From a virus: DNA of 49,767 nt. The notes below the pieces were generated by a model. It had not been told where the DNA came from. It did no database searches and worked only from the letters and a program-made list of their open reading frames with translations. Positions within the stretch are counted from its first letter, which is position 1; each line of letters begins with the position of its first letter. Position numbers and translations under genes: made by a program. Shown piece after piece: positions 8,771-18,401 of the stretch. The stretch is from the IMG/VR virus record IMGVR_UViG_3300014968_000003, positions 1 to 49,767 of that record. The stretch is one strand, 5' to 3'.

Positions 8771-9129
8771 TAGAACGTCACCGTCGAAGACACGTTGTTT
8801 TCATCTACTATGTAGACTGAACCCGTCACTGCGCGATCACTGAAACTCGTGATAATCGTCTGCGCCGTGCTCACTCCAGGCACACTTAAAGCGATAGTGT
8901 TGATCATCTCGATAACCAGAGATGCAGGCGGCAACTTGCCGAGAATTTGAGTCCAGTAAGGAATACCCTGAGTAGTATCGTAATACACTTCTCCCGCGAA
9001 AGTCCGAATCGCACTCGCCACGTCTTGAGCAACAGCAAGCGGAGGAAAGGCGACTGCAATATTGCCGTCGTTATCGACGGTCAAGTCCCATGTATCCGGG
9101 TCGAGTTGAAGTGTGGAGTAGACAGTCAT
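8770..9129 (-). CDS. Baseplate wedge protein, gp25 / gpW / Mu gp46-like
   Basis: 119 aa, coupled between the spike and J genes. DLTVDNDGNIAV...VAQDVASAIRTFAGEVYYD pattern. Confidence 0.6.
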   Translation of the reverse strand: MTVYSTLQLDPDTWDLTVDNDGNIAVAFPPLAVAQDVASAIRTFAGEVYYDTTQGIPYWTQILGKLPPASLVIEMINTIALSVPGVSTAQTIITSFSDRAVTGSVYIVDENNVSSTVTF

Positions 9130-9785
9130 GACAGTGGCGGACTTGTTGGGTCTCCTACGGGTTCGGAAGTGTGCGTATGATGGACTGCGCTAATAGAACT
9201 TGGACCTGCAATCACATCGGTTTCTGCCGTTATTGTACCGTTAGTTTGATTCACGTCTCCCTGCAAATTGATCGTAGGGGCTTGAATGGTTATCGTAGAA
9301 GGAGAAACGATCGATATGCCTTCCGAACTGAATTGAATGTACTGAGTTGGAGCATCCTTAGAAAGCCCGAGTCCGATATACATCGCATCAGAGAAACTGA
9401 AATATCGGTCACTTCCAGGATTCGCTTGAGTTTGCGTACTGATCACTTTGCTGATATCACGGCTGGCGAACAGGCAGAATCCAATATCGCCTGCAACCGG
9501 GTCCAGAATTATTCCATTCCCTCCGGCACTTTGCATTCGTAGATAAGGCACATTACTGATCGTTGTGTGAGGAGTGCTATTACCTCCAGCATCTACCTGA
9601 TTCACGAGAGGTTGGACATCCACGGTGCCAATGGCTGATCGACCTCCTGAATTGGTGCATGAAATCACTTTGACAAGAGTGGCCGTCTGCATCTTGAGCA
9701 ACTGCTGTTCGATAAGAAATTGAAGTTGGTTATATCTCCCTACCGGAGTAAAGGGAGTGAATACACCAGGCGCGATTGTGCTCAT
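9126..9785 (-). CDS. Baseplate central spike, gpV / Mu gp45-like
   Basis: ATGA coupling. N-terminal OB-like LVKVISC...GTVDVQPLVNQVD...VPYLRMQSAGGNGIILDP motif typical of gpV-type spikes. Confidence 0.65.
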   Translation of the reverse strand: MSTIAPGVFTPFTPVGRYNQLQFLIEQQLLKMQTATLVKVISCTNSGGRSAIGTVDVQPLVNQVDAGGNSTPHTTISNVPYLRMQSAGGNGIILDPVAGDIGFCLFASRDISKVISTQTQANPGSDRYFSFSDAMYIGLGLSKDAPTQYIQFSSEGISIVSPSTITIQAPTINLQGDVNQTNGTITAETDVIAGPSSISAVHHTHTSEPVGDPTSPPLS

Positions 9786-10687
9786 GATGCCAGCGCCAGT
9801 CCGGTTTTAGTTCCGCGCACATCCATAAACCAAGATCCATTTGGCTTTGCACTTTCCAATCGAAGCCCGATACTAGTGGCAATCCAAAGGCCGGCAGCGC
9901 GGGGAGTTTGAGGACTTACAACGATAACGGGGCCTCCGAAAGTGACCGAAGGATTGAAGAGACATTGAAATTTCACTCCCACTCCATCGAAAGTTGGATA
10001 ATCGCGAAGTCCGGACGCCTTGGATACAGTCGTTGCCGGTTTCGATCTAGCTTGGTTCAACGGAGTAATGGCGACAATCGTATTGTCGATGTAAAGCCAC
10101 ACTCCAGCAGCTCTCGCGATATCTTTCAGTTGCTCCAATCCAGTGTTGGCGAAATAAGGATTGACGATAGGTATCTGGCCTACTCCGTTATTTTCAAGCG
10201 TATAAGTCGCCGCGCCCGAACTGATGCTTGCGTTGATCTTTCCAATTACGGTTTGCATGAGGCTGACGGCATCTACCGGACCTGAGAACGCTGTCGGAGT
10301 CAACGGTTGTAGCTGACTGAAGTAAGCCGCTTGAGCTTGGATGCTGAGATACACATCCGGCATATTATCGTAATTCGCCCATGCATTAATAATATTTCCA
10401 GTAAAAACAAGAGTACTTTGCTGACCGTCGATTGCAAAAACTTGTACGGTATTTGGGATGTAGGCAAGCGGCTGCCACTGAATTGTGGTGATAGAATTCA
10501 TGTCACTTTGAGAGACTCCGAATATCTGGGCTCTCAAAGTTCCCATCATCATGCCGCCTGCCTTGTCTATATCGACAGACGCACGAAAGCCCTGAAGTGT
10601 AATCGTATTCGCGGAGGAAGAGCCGAAGTTCCCCGTTCCGAGATTAATTACAAATTTCAGCCCTTTCGGATTGTCAAAAGAATTCAT
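9782..10687 (-). CDS. Baseplate hub protein (Mu gp44 / P2 gpD position)
   Basis: Gene order and size; ATG start. Confidence 0.45.
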   Translation of the reverse strand: MNSFDNPKGLKFVINLGTGNFGSSSANTITLQGFRASVDIDKAGGMMMGTLRAQIFGVSQSDMNSITTIQWQPLAYIPNTVQVFAIDGQQSTLVFTGNIINAWANYDNMPDVYLSIQAQAAYFSQLQPLTPTAFSGPVDAVSLMQTVIGKINASISSGAATYTLENNGVGQIPIVNPYFANTGLEQLKDIARAAGVWLYIDNTIVAITPLNQARSKPATTVSKASGLRDYPTFDGVGVKFQCLFNPSVTFGGPVIVVSPQTPRAAGLWIATSIGLRLESAKPNGSWFMDVRGTKTGLALAS

Positions 10688-11005
10688 TTACTTCGATTCC
10701 GGTATTGAACTGCTTACCGGCTTGTTGATGCGTGGATCCGGCAATGCTGCGTCTTGAGCGCAAAGAAGATTCATTTGGACGTCGGTGTTCCTGTCCCGGT
10801 ATGGAACCAGAATCAAACCATGATCCGCCTTATCGCCGGCAATGGCTGGAAAAGCAGCCATTTCTCTATACCCTTCCGGGCAAGCAACTGGCACTGCGGG
10901 AGCCACAGCAGCCTTGACCACTGGCCTCTTGCATCCGTTCGCGTACACCAGAAGCGTGAAGACCAGAGCAAACACAACTACTACCCAAAACAATCTCTCT
11001 TTCAT
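10688..11005 (-). CDS. Small lipoprotein (signal peptide + lipobox) embedded in the tail module
   Basis: The ATG at 11005 is preceded by GGAGGAAGG; the track start at 11011 is GTG. N-terminus MKERLFWVVVVFALVFTLLVYANG-C, followed by a Pro-rich mature region. Confidence 0.6.
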   Translation of the reverse strand: MKERLFWVVVVFALVFTLLVYANGCKRPVVKAAVAPAVPVACPEGYREMAAFPAIAGDKADHGLILVPYRDRNTDVQMNLLCAQDAALPDPRINKPVSSSIPESK

Positions 11006-11213
11006 TTCCACCCTTCCTCCTTAAAATAACCCCTTGCGTCTGTTCTTGATTAGTTAGCAGCCAATCAAGTCATTGCTAAGGGGCCTCGAATGACCTTGAA
11101 TCATTTCCATCATTGCAACCGAACAGTTCATCCAAACGCTGTTTCGTAACCTACCGGAATCTCCCTTTGTTGAATTTTTCCGAAAGCGACTGTCTCCGGA
11201 AATCTTTATGCAT

Positions 11214-14200
11214 CTAGGGCTTCTCACATTTGTAATCAAAACCTATGCTCCCGGTCGCCAGTGCTGCGCCAGACGTGACGGTCATGCCCGTTGCGGTTGC
11301 GACTGAATGCCCCAAGTTGAGTGGAGTTGCCAGCGTGTCATTCTCGACCACGGTGCATTTGTAGATAGCCCCGGTCGTGGGCCAAAGGAGCGTGGAGATC
11401 GTCCCTCCAGCGGATACCGCCCCGGTTAACGTTGCCGTATACGAACCAGAGGTCGATGTGCACGTGGCAGTTGTGCAAGTCCAGCTCCCTACATTAGTTC
11501 CTGACGTGTTGGATGTGACCGTCTGCGGAATAGAGATGGAGGAGGGCAGCACGCCAAGGTACCAGCCGCCCGACGCCGATGAGATAAGAAGCCCAACCTG
11601 ACCGCCGTAGAGGGTGGAGGAATTAGCGGTCCCCGAGGATGCGCCGCTGAATGTGACGTTGTGAGTGGTGGGATTGGCGATGATTACCATACGAGTGAAG
11701 CCAGCTGGAATCGTCGACGGTAGGACCACGGCAGAATTTGATCCATTCGCCATTTCAAGCCGGGTGTCAGTCGCGAGTAGCGTGTAGCTAGCTACTGCAA
11801 TCGAGGATGTATTGTTTATGGCACCCACAAAAGAATTTCCGTTCACCTTCGCGGTTGTCGTTGTATCCGTAATGATTGAAGCCGCCCCGCCAGGACCGAT
11901 ACTTTGACTTGTGAGTCCTGTACCGCCGTTGGCGAAAGTTATAGGAGTGGTTCCCGAGTTAATGATAGTCCATGGTTGTCCAACCTGATTTGAGGCAGGT
12001 ATTGAAACTACAAGTAATGCCGAGCCTGTTTTTAAGAGACAATCGGTTGCCGAAGTCAAAGTGAAGGTTGTAGCCGTAGTGCTGGTGCAGGAATGAGCGC
12101 TACTAAAAGGGTCGCCAGGCATGTATTCCCAATGCCCGGGAAAAGTAGATGTGATTGTCGAAACGCTGTTTGGCGGTATCTGAGCACCAACCGCCCCGCC
12201 TGTTTGACCAGCACCAGCAGTTAACGTAATAATTCCGCCAGCTTCATTCGTGAGATAAATCGTATGCGGAAAAATCGTCTGTGAAACTGGAGGCAGAAAA
12301 ACATTACCACTTGCAGTTGAGGTAAATCGTATGTTATCGGCAGATGGAGAAATTACAGCCGTGCCTCCGGTAACCGCAGCCGTGGTGATTGTGTCAAGAA
12401 ATGAACCTGAAGGCGGAAGAGGGGTGGTTTCAGGCACAGCTGTAGGGCCAGCCCATGCTTTATACATAGCTATTTGCCCAGTATTATTTGGATGTCGATC
12501 ACCACAAGCTACTAGCTCTGATGTAGGGCCAGTACTCAGCCAAGATGCCCGATCCATCACAAAATTAGGGGCCATGCCGATCGATTGAAGGTATTTGATG
12601 TTCCTTTTTTGCATCTGCGAATACTGCCATGCGTCTGCGTACTTTGTATCGCACGTCGATCTTGTAACATCACCAACCCACAGTTGCTTTGCGGTAGCGC
12701 CGTTATCTGCGTCGCCCGTATAACCTATGCCCAGTACGCAAACAAGACCGCCATTAGAACCTGGAGTAACAGTCACTGAGTGCGACCCAGGTGCTCCTAC
12801 AACCTGGCCGAGGTTGATTGAGCTGATGGTATCCGTGGCCCCCAATGCTAGCGTGGCGACGGCAGGCGCGTTAAATGTTTCAGTATTCGTGTCGGTGCTT
12901 GAATCTTGGTGATATTTGAAGGTGCCGGTAGTCGTACCACCTAAGTCATATGTTCTGATCCACATAAAAACGGTGGGCTCTGGATTGTTAGTGGTCGTTG
13001 TGAAAGGAAAAACAGCCGGGGTAGTTCCGTTTGTGCATATGCCGGTCGCCTGCGTATAGGTAGTATCAAGACTCCAACCGGAAGGAAGAGAGATTTGGTT
13101 GCCCATCACCTTTTGTGATGAAGGAATTATCTCCCAGGTAATAGCAGCCATCATCGCTGAATTAGCAACAGCCTGATAGGCCCCAGCCCCTTTGTTGAGC
13201 GCGTCATTGATGAAGCCCATCAGTGTGCGCATAATCCCGTCCCCAGCAACGGGAGCATCGGAATTAAACACCTGCTTTACAATATCGGCAGCTTGAGCGC
13301 CCGCAACACCGGCGTTCTTCCAGGTACCGCCTAAAGTTACAGGGGTTACTCCAATCTGCGACGCCAACATGCTAACCCATGTGGTTGAATTGTAAGGTAC
13401 AGTTCCCGTCCCGCCCGTCGATCCGACACCATAAGTAATCGAATCACCATTGTTTATAAATCCATTAATACCTGCCGATGTAGTTGGAAATGTTTGTGTA
13501 GGCATCGGGATAGCATTTGCGAGTGAAGGCGAAACAGAAACCCCATTCCCTTGCGTTGGATCGACAGGTCCGATTGTCGTCGAGGTCTGATATATAACGG
13601 GCAAAGGCACTGTGCCTGTAGGAACCGTACTTGTCACACATCCTCCTGCTCCTGAATTCGCCGATGGAGACCAGACTGTACCGCTAGTGGAGCAACTTGC
13701 GGCGGTTATCTCAACTCCAGCTATATCGGAAGGAGTGGCGGCACGGGAAGTTGTGGGAGTGAGAGCCCAAACAATTGCTGGAGACGAAGGAAGAACAGCG
13801 CCAGAAGTAGCAGGAACGGAAAAAATCGTTCGGTCATCAAAAAGTGAAGTGATGGCAGAAGATCCAGTTATTACTTTCGCAATTGGAATATCAGCCGATC
13901 CAAAAGTTGAAGTCTTGACAGAAACATTGCAACTTGAAGTTGTGTCCAGATAAACATAATTCGTCGTGCTGGCACTCATAGTCAACGTCCCGCCATTGAA
14001 CGAAACGATGGTTCCAGAGCAATTGGCGGAACCGGGGCCTATGTTTAAAACAAGTCCGGTTGCTGTCGGCAGCGGAGTGCCGTCGGCTTTAGTCTGCGAC
14101 GATTGAGTGGGCCAATATCCAGGAGCAGTCCCGTTTACATATTTAGCATTCGCCGAAAAAATCGGAGCATTCTGCGTCTGGGGATTCTGAGCTGTAACAA

Positions 14201-14246
14201 CAAAGGCCGTTAGTGTCAACCACATTGTTATGATTTTCTTCAACAT
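11214..14246 (-). CDS. 1010-aa tail-associated protein with an N-terminal Sec-type signal/anchor and an SGNH/GDSL hydrolase-like domain (receptor-binding / polysaccharide esterase candidate)
   Basis: AGGAG RBS overlapping the upstream stop. N-terminus MLKKIITMWLTLTAFVVTAQN. Block I FINNGDSITYG; block III GFINDALN; block V-like GDRHPNNTG. Thr/Ser/Gly-rich beta-rich remainder. Confidence 0.6.
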   Translation of the reverse strand: MLKKIITMWLTLTAFVVTAQNPQTQNAPIFSANAKYVNGTAPGYWPTQSSQTKADGTPLPTATGLVLNIGPGSANCSGTIVSFNGGTLTMSASTTNYVYLDTTSSCNVSVKTSTFGSADIPIAKVITGSSAITSLFDDRTIFSVPATSGAVLPSSPAIVWALTPTTSRAATPSDIAGVEITAASCSTSGTVWSPSANSGAGGCVTSTVPTGTVPLPVIYQTSTTIGPVDPTQGNGVSVSPSLANAIPMPTQTFPTTSAGINGFINNGDSITYGVGSTGGTGTVPYNSTTWVSMLASQIGVTPVTLGGTWKNAGVAGAQAADIVKQVFNSDAPVAGDGIMRTLMGFINDALNKGAGAYQAVANSAMMAAITWEIIPSSQKVMGNQISLPSGWSLDTTYTQATGICTNGTTPAVFPFTTTTNNPEPTVFMWIRTYDLGGTTTGTFKYHQDSSTDTNTETFNAPAVATLALGATDTISSINLGQVVGAPGSHSVTVTPGSNGGLVCVLGIGYTGDADNGATAKQLWVGDVTRSTCDTKYADAWQYSQMQKRNIKYLQSIGMAPNFVMDRASWLSTGPTSELVACGDRHPNNTGQIAMYKAWAGPTAVPETTPLPPSGSFLDTITTAAVTGGTAVISPSADNIRFTSTASGNVFLPPVSQTIFPHTIYLTNEAGGIITLTAGAGQTGGAVGAQIPPNSVSTITSTFPGHWEYMPGDPFSSAHSCTSTTATTFTLTSATDCLLKTGSALLVVSIPASNQVGQPWTIINSGTTPITFANGGTGLTSQSIGPGGAASIITDTTTTAKVNGNSFVGAINNTSSIAVASYTLLATDTRLEMANGSNSAVVLPSTIPAGFTRMVIIANPTTHNVTFSGASSGTANSSTLYGGQVGLLISSASGGWYLGVLPSSISIPQTVTSNTSGTNVGSWTCTTATCTSTSGSYTATLTGAVSAGGTISTLLWPTTGAIYKCTVVENDTLATPLNLGHSVATATGMTVTSGAALATGSIGFDYKCEKP

Positions 14247-14255
14247 TGTTGCTCC

Positions 14256-15287
14256 TTATGCGTAAACGGAAATGAGGGCAATTCGGCCTGTATCCGAAGC
14301 GGAAAGATAAACATTAGTAGCATCGAACGCTGGTGTTTGGGCGATGATTTGACCATCCGACAACATGAAAATTCCGATTCGTGACGGGATAGTGAGCAGA
14401 CCGTGAGGTACGCTGAATAATCCCGGCGAATCCGAAGTGACTGTAAGTATAGTAGCTGAATCCGCAATGTTGATGGTCGTGTTCGTCATTGGAAACACCG
14501 TTATCTTTGCGGTTACACCTTCCCCGGTAGCAGCGAAATACAGATTCGTATCGTCAGCAGCTTGAGACTCCCAAAGCCAACCGAAGGAAGTCGGCAGGAT
14601 ATCGATCAAACTGGGAGTTCTGCCGAGGCCATGAGGCACTGCAAACGTACCAGGATCAGCAGGAGAGGAAGCACTCAGAGTAGCAGCGGGAATTTGAATA
14701 GTAGGAGAAGTCTTAGTCACTTCTGCAAGCGTTGGCGGTCGATAGACAAGCAAAGTGGCAGTAATGCCCACATCAGAAGCGGTTAAGTACAGATTCGTTT
14801 TGTCGGCAAAGAACGGCTGACCCCAGATAACACCGGATGAAGTAGGTACAATTTCAAGCACGGTGGGAATACCGTCAAGGCCGTGAGCAAAAGCGAAATT
14901 ACCGGCATTCGGAGAAGTGATCGTGAGAATCTCTTCTAAGATCAAAATTGACGGAATTCCAACCGCTGCGAAAGTTGTTTCGAGCACTTCCGAAGCGTCC
15001 AGGTACATCAGCATCCAACGCGAGTTGAAGCCGGTATATTGCGGATCATCGATCCCCTGCGTATCGATGAAATATAGATTGCCTTGAAATCCGTCATACG
15101 AATTGCAGGCGTCGAGCGGAACACCGTTTAACGCCAGACAGCCAATGCACATATCGACGCCATTGGAGTTTAGATCGACGAAGATGCTGCCAGCACGCAG
15201 GTAAATATTGATCTGACAGTTCTGGTTGCTTAAGACGCAGAGAACTATCTGATTCGGCACTGCCTGAATTGGGATCGTCAGAGGCAT
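14256..15287 (-). CDS. Tail/baseplate-proximal protein carrying three tandem copies of a ~60-aa HGL...NLYL domain
   Basis: ATG start. Repeats at roughly aa 118-183, 197-266 and 276-343. Confidence 0.55.
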   Translation of the reverse strand: MPLTIPIQAVPNQIVLCVLSNQNCQINIYLRAGSIFVDLNSNGVDMCIGCLALNGVPLDACNSYDGFQGNLYFIDTQGIDDPQYTGFNSRWMLMYLDASEVLETTFAAVGIPSILILEEILTITSPNAGNFAFAHGLDGIPTVLEIVPTSSGVIWGQPFFADKTNLYLTASDVGITATLLVYRPPTLAEVTKTSPTIQIPAATLSASSPADPGTFAVPHGLGRTPSLIDILPTSFGWLWESQAADDTNLYFAATGEGVTAKITVFPMTNTTINIADSATILTVTSDSPGLFSVPHGLLTIPSRIGIFMLSDGQIIAQTPAFDATNVYLSASDTGRIALISVYA

Positions 15288-15293
15288 ATAGTC

Positions 15294-15953
15294 TTAGAAC
15301 TTGAGATTTGGAAAAACTGCCGTTGCACCTTTCTTAAGAGTTGAAACGTCAGAACTCGGTTGCACTATTCCGCTGCTCGATTGTGAAGTAGAAGCCGGAT
15401 TCTGAGGCTGATTAATAGGACTTTGAGTTATTGAATAACTGACGGAAACCTGCCGAATCTCCCTCAAATGAAGTTCGACAATGAGCATGTTCGCTCCGCT
15501 GTCAGCTCTCCGAATGATGTTGTAATCGACAATGTTGTAGTTGTGATAAGTGGCTTCTGGAATAACGACACTATACAACTGAGTCGATTGACAAGCGGCA
15601 TCAAGTTGATTGAGGAAAGTCGTTCGATCAGCCACAGTGCCAGTAAAGCAATATCTTACAATCGGCTCTGCCGGCAGAATCACTTTGTTGTAGCTGGCGA
15701 ATCCCCCGTCTTGAACCGGGAAGTCACTTACGCGAGTCTCCCGTTTGAACTCGAAGCTGTTGGTCGAAAGAATCGGGCCTTGACCCAATAAAGCTGTCTG
15801 AACTACAGCGGCAAGGAGACTATTACCGCCACTTGAAGATGAGCCAAGTTGATTACCGCTAGAGTCGTAGATACCCCATTGCGTTTGTTGCTGAAGCGCA
15901 TTCAGTAACACCGTGGCGATAGTTCCGAGACTGGCGAGAGCAATAGTGGCCAT
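15294..15953 (-). CDS. Tail protein directly after the tape measure (Mu gp43 N-terminal-like, DNA-circulation-type)
   Basis: ATGA coupling with the TMP stop. FEFKRETRVSDFPVQDGGFASYNKV motif. Position. Confidence 0.4.
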   Translation of the reverse strand: MATIALASLGTIATVLLNALQQQTQWGIYDSSGNQLGSSSSGGNSLLAAVVQTALLGQGPILSTNSFEFKRETRVSDFPVQDGGFASYNKVILPAEPIVRYCFTGTVADRTTFLNQLDAACQSTQLYSVVIPEATYHNYNIVDYNIIRRADSGANMLIVELHLREIRQVSVSYSITQSPINQPQNPASTSQSSSGIVQPSSDVSTLKKGATAVFPNLKF

Positions 15954-17794
15954 CAGTTCAACCCCACGTTGGCCTGCGACACCAGAAGGTAATCGAGTTC
16001 ACTCGCGAAGTCTTGGGCGATGCCAGCAGCATCCGTTGCCTGCGTGTGGATGGTGAGGTTGCTGATATCGACACGTCGAGAATTGTCCACGCTTTGAGGC
16101 GCTGAGGGCCCTACAGCTCCTGTAGCATAGCTGGAGGCATTAGGGATACCTGCGAGACCCCGAGCGAACGTACCGCGCCTGTAGGCTTCCCCGATAGCAT
16201 CCGCAGGACGTTCATAAGCTCGCGATACGGTCGAACCCGCCCCGTACGCCGTAGTTTGCTGTTTGAGAAGGTTTCCGGCAGCTTTGTAATCGCCTTGAGT
16301 CAACTCATATTGAACGAACGCAAGTTGATCCTCGAAAGTAGCATCTCGAATATCTTTACCACTCCACGCTTTGAATTTAGCTTGTCTGTCCGGATGCCAC
16401 TGTGCAATACCGTAGGCTTTACCGTTATCTCCAACAGTATTTGCACGTCCTCCGCTTTCCGCCCAAAGATTCGCTGCAATGCCCGCCGCTTGATCTTGGC
16501 TCCAACCTCGATTCATAAAAAATCGCTGCATCCGCTCAACAGTCTGCCCACCTCCGGAAAGTGGTCCGGGCTTATTATTCAATCCGAATGGATCTGGCAT
16601 CTCAAAACCCTGATTATCGGTATCTTTCGCGAGCTTATCCCAATCATCCTTGACAGCGTTCCATTTATTCCGGTCAACACCGATACCGCCTTTCCAATCA
16701 AAAGTGAAAAGTCCGGATAAATTCTGCGCCAAATCGATATAACGTTTCATCGATCGCATGAAGCGCTGAAGCATATCGTCGAGTCCCGTAATAGCTTCTT
16801 GAGCCAATCGAATGCCAGGCTCCCACTTAGACCAGTCGATGAGGCTATCCCCGCCGCGCTTCCATGTCTGATAATCCTGCCACAGGAGCGCAATAGCGCT
16901 TCCGAGAGCGATCACGGCAGCAACGGTGAGATTAATAGGTGCAGCGGCGACTCCGACCGCAATGAGGCCTACAGCCATCACTTTCAGGAAATCGACGATG
17001 AATTCCTGATTGTTCTGGCACCAGTTACCGAAGCGTTCAAAGCCAGCGATGATCTTCTCAAGTGCGGGAAGCGCGTCCTGAAGCAACCCAAGTCCCAACA
17101 ACGTAAATTGTTGCTTGAGTCCTACAATACTGTCTTGAAGACGCACAGCATAGGGAGTCAATCTGGCAAGCTGATCCCCATAGGCTTTCTGCCGAGCGAG
17201 TGTCAACTCAAGTTCTTTGCGGCCTGTAAGAAGTAGATTGATCGTTCCTTCATCGATACCCATCATGGCGAACATGTTATGCATGGTAGGACGATCCTTG
17301 CCTTCAGCAAAACTCGCCATATCAAGAAGTTCTTCAGTGACCGTCCGCGCCTTACCGCCCACCCCAGCCATCGAAATTCCCATCATGCTGAAGTAGGGAA
17401 TGAGGCTGGATTCTCCGGTAAAGCGAAGCTGAGTCTGAGCCTTAGATAACATCGCAAGCGTACCCTGGAGCCCGGCAACAGTGCCACCTACATGCTCGAC
17501 GGCGTTTCCCCATTGCGTAATGCTGGAAACACTCACTGCGATGTTTTTGGAGAAACGATCAAGTTGAGCATTCGCTTCAATGAAGTCTTGAACAAACACT
17601 TTTACCGCCGTCGCTCCCCCGATGATAGCGAGCAAACTGACTAAGCCTTTATTGAGACCGCTGATCGATCCTTCTGCCTTTGTGGCAGATTTCTCAATCG
17701 AGTCCAGATCACCCTTAGCTTTCGGAGCACCTTGAGACAACCCTTTGGAATCCAAACCCAGCGTAACAACAAGAGCGTCGATGATAGTAGCCAT
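15953..17794 (-). CDS. Tape measure protein with a C-terminal phage-tail-lysozyme-like domain
   Basis: Helical/TM-rich body. C-terminal FFMNRGWSQDQAAGIAANLWAESGG...GIAQWHPDRQ...QLAFVQYEL. Lies downstream of the frameshifted chaperone. Confidence 0.8.
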   Translation of the reverse strand: MATIIDALVVTLGLDSKGLSQGAPKAKGDLDSIEKSATKAEGSISGLNKGLVSLLAIIGGATAVKVFVQDFIEANAQLDRFSKNIAVSVSSITQWGNAVEHVGGTVAGLQGTLAMLSKAQTQLRFTGESSLIPYFSMMGISMAGVGGKARTVTEELLDMASFAEGKDRPTMHNMFAMMGIDEGTINLLLTGRKELELTLARQKAYGDQLARLTPYAVRLQDSIVGLKQQFTLLGLGLLQDALPALEKIIAGFERFGNWCQNNQEFIVDFLKVMAVGLIAVGVAAAPINLTVAAVIALGSAIALLWQDYQTWKRGGDSLIDWSKWEPGIRLAQEAITGLDDMLQRFMRSMKRYIDLAQNLSGLFTFDWKGGIGVDRNKWNAVKDDWDKLAKDTDNQGFEMPDPFGLNNKPGPLSGGGQTVERMQRFFMNRGWSQDQAAGIAANLWAESGGRANTVGDNGKAYGIAQWHPDRQAKFKAWSGKDIRDATFEDQLAFVQYELTQGDYKAAGNLLKQQTTAYGAGSTVSRAYERPADAIGEAYRRGTFARGLAGIPNASSYATGAVGPSAPQSVDNSRRVDISNLTIHTQATDAAGIAQDFASELDYLLVSQANVGLN

Positions 17795-18401
17795 TAGTCT
17801 TCGCGCCTCCCGTTGTAATCGTCAACTTGGATTATCTCCAGAAGATTATAAGCGTCCTCAATCCCGTAGACCGTATCGAGTTCATGAAGAGTAGCCAAGC
17901 GGCGCGAAACGATTGTTCCAATGATGTTCGTTACGCTCCGGTATGCTTCTTTTTTTCGACCGCCTCTAGATGTGGCTTGAGGTATTCTAGGACGGCCTTC
18001 AAAAAACCCATGTTGAGATTCCACACCTGAATGCGGAGTTCGATTCGAGTTGGAATCTCTTCAATATCCCCGTCTGTCATCAGAGCGCGAATAACTGCCG
18101 GCTGCTTTGGGTCTGGAATGATGCGGATGGTGTCGAACATCTCTTTCAGTAACGGCTCCAGTACATCCCATTTAAGAGAAGTGAGCGCACGCATACCGAA
18201 TTCGGCGAGAGCTGCAATACCGAGATTGTTGAGGATCCCTGGAGGGATATCCACGTTGCCTTGCAAGAGGGCCATGAAGATTCGCAGAGCCCACGCTTCC
18301 CCCTTCGCCGCGCTCATCTCGGTGATCTCATATACCTTACCTTGATCGCGCCCTTCAGCTTTGATCGTATGCTGGATTACCTTGCGCATCGAGCTAACCA
18401 T
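17794..18401 (-). CDS. Tail assembly chaperone GT-type fusion product made by a -1 programmed frameshift
   Basis: The -1 frame is open from the slippery site to 17794. The 608-nt span equals 3n-1. The extension ...LHELDTVYGIEDAYNLLEIIQVDD is typical of T-domains. Confidence 0.6.
17931..18401 (-). CDS. Tail assembly chaperone (G-type, zero-frame product)
   Basis: Position between tube and TMP. Ends ...AVEKKKHTGA just after an A AAA AAG slippery site. Confidence 0.7.
   Translation of the reverse strand: MVSSMRKVIQHTIKAEGRDQGKVYEITEMSAAKGEAWALRIFMALLQGNVDIPPGILNNLGIAALAEFGMRALTSLKWDVLEPLLKEMFDTIRIIPDPKQPAVIRALMTDGDIEEIPTRIELRIQVWNLNMGFLKAVLEYLKPHLEAVEKKKHTGA
17949..17955 (-). promoter_or_regulatory. 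-1 ribosomal frameshift slippery heptamer A_AAA_AAG
   Basis: The minus-sense sequence GTC GAA AAA AAG AAG read directly. Both frames are open across it. Confidence 0.6.

Noticed and set aside
11054-11239. 61-aa minus-strand ORF in the gap after the 1010-aa gene
   Set aside because: It overlaps the stop region of the large gene, has no RBS, and has odd composition. The 200-bp gap contains only weak hairpins without U-runs.
6116-15287. Diversity-generating retroelement acting on the fibre/C1q-like or repeat-bearing tail genes
   Set aside because: The genome has no reverse transcriptase and no template-repeat/variable-repeat pair. The protein repeats are diverged at the DNA level.
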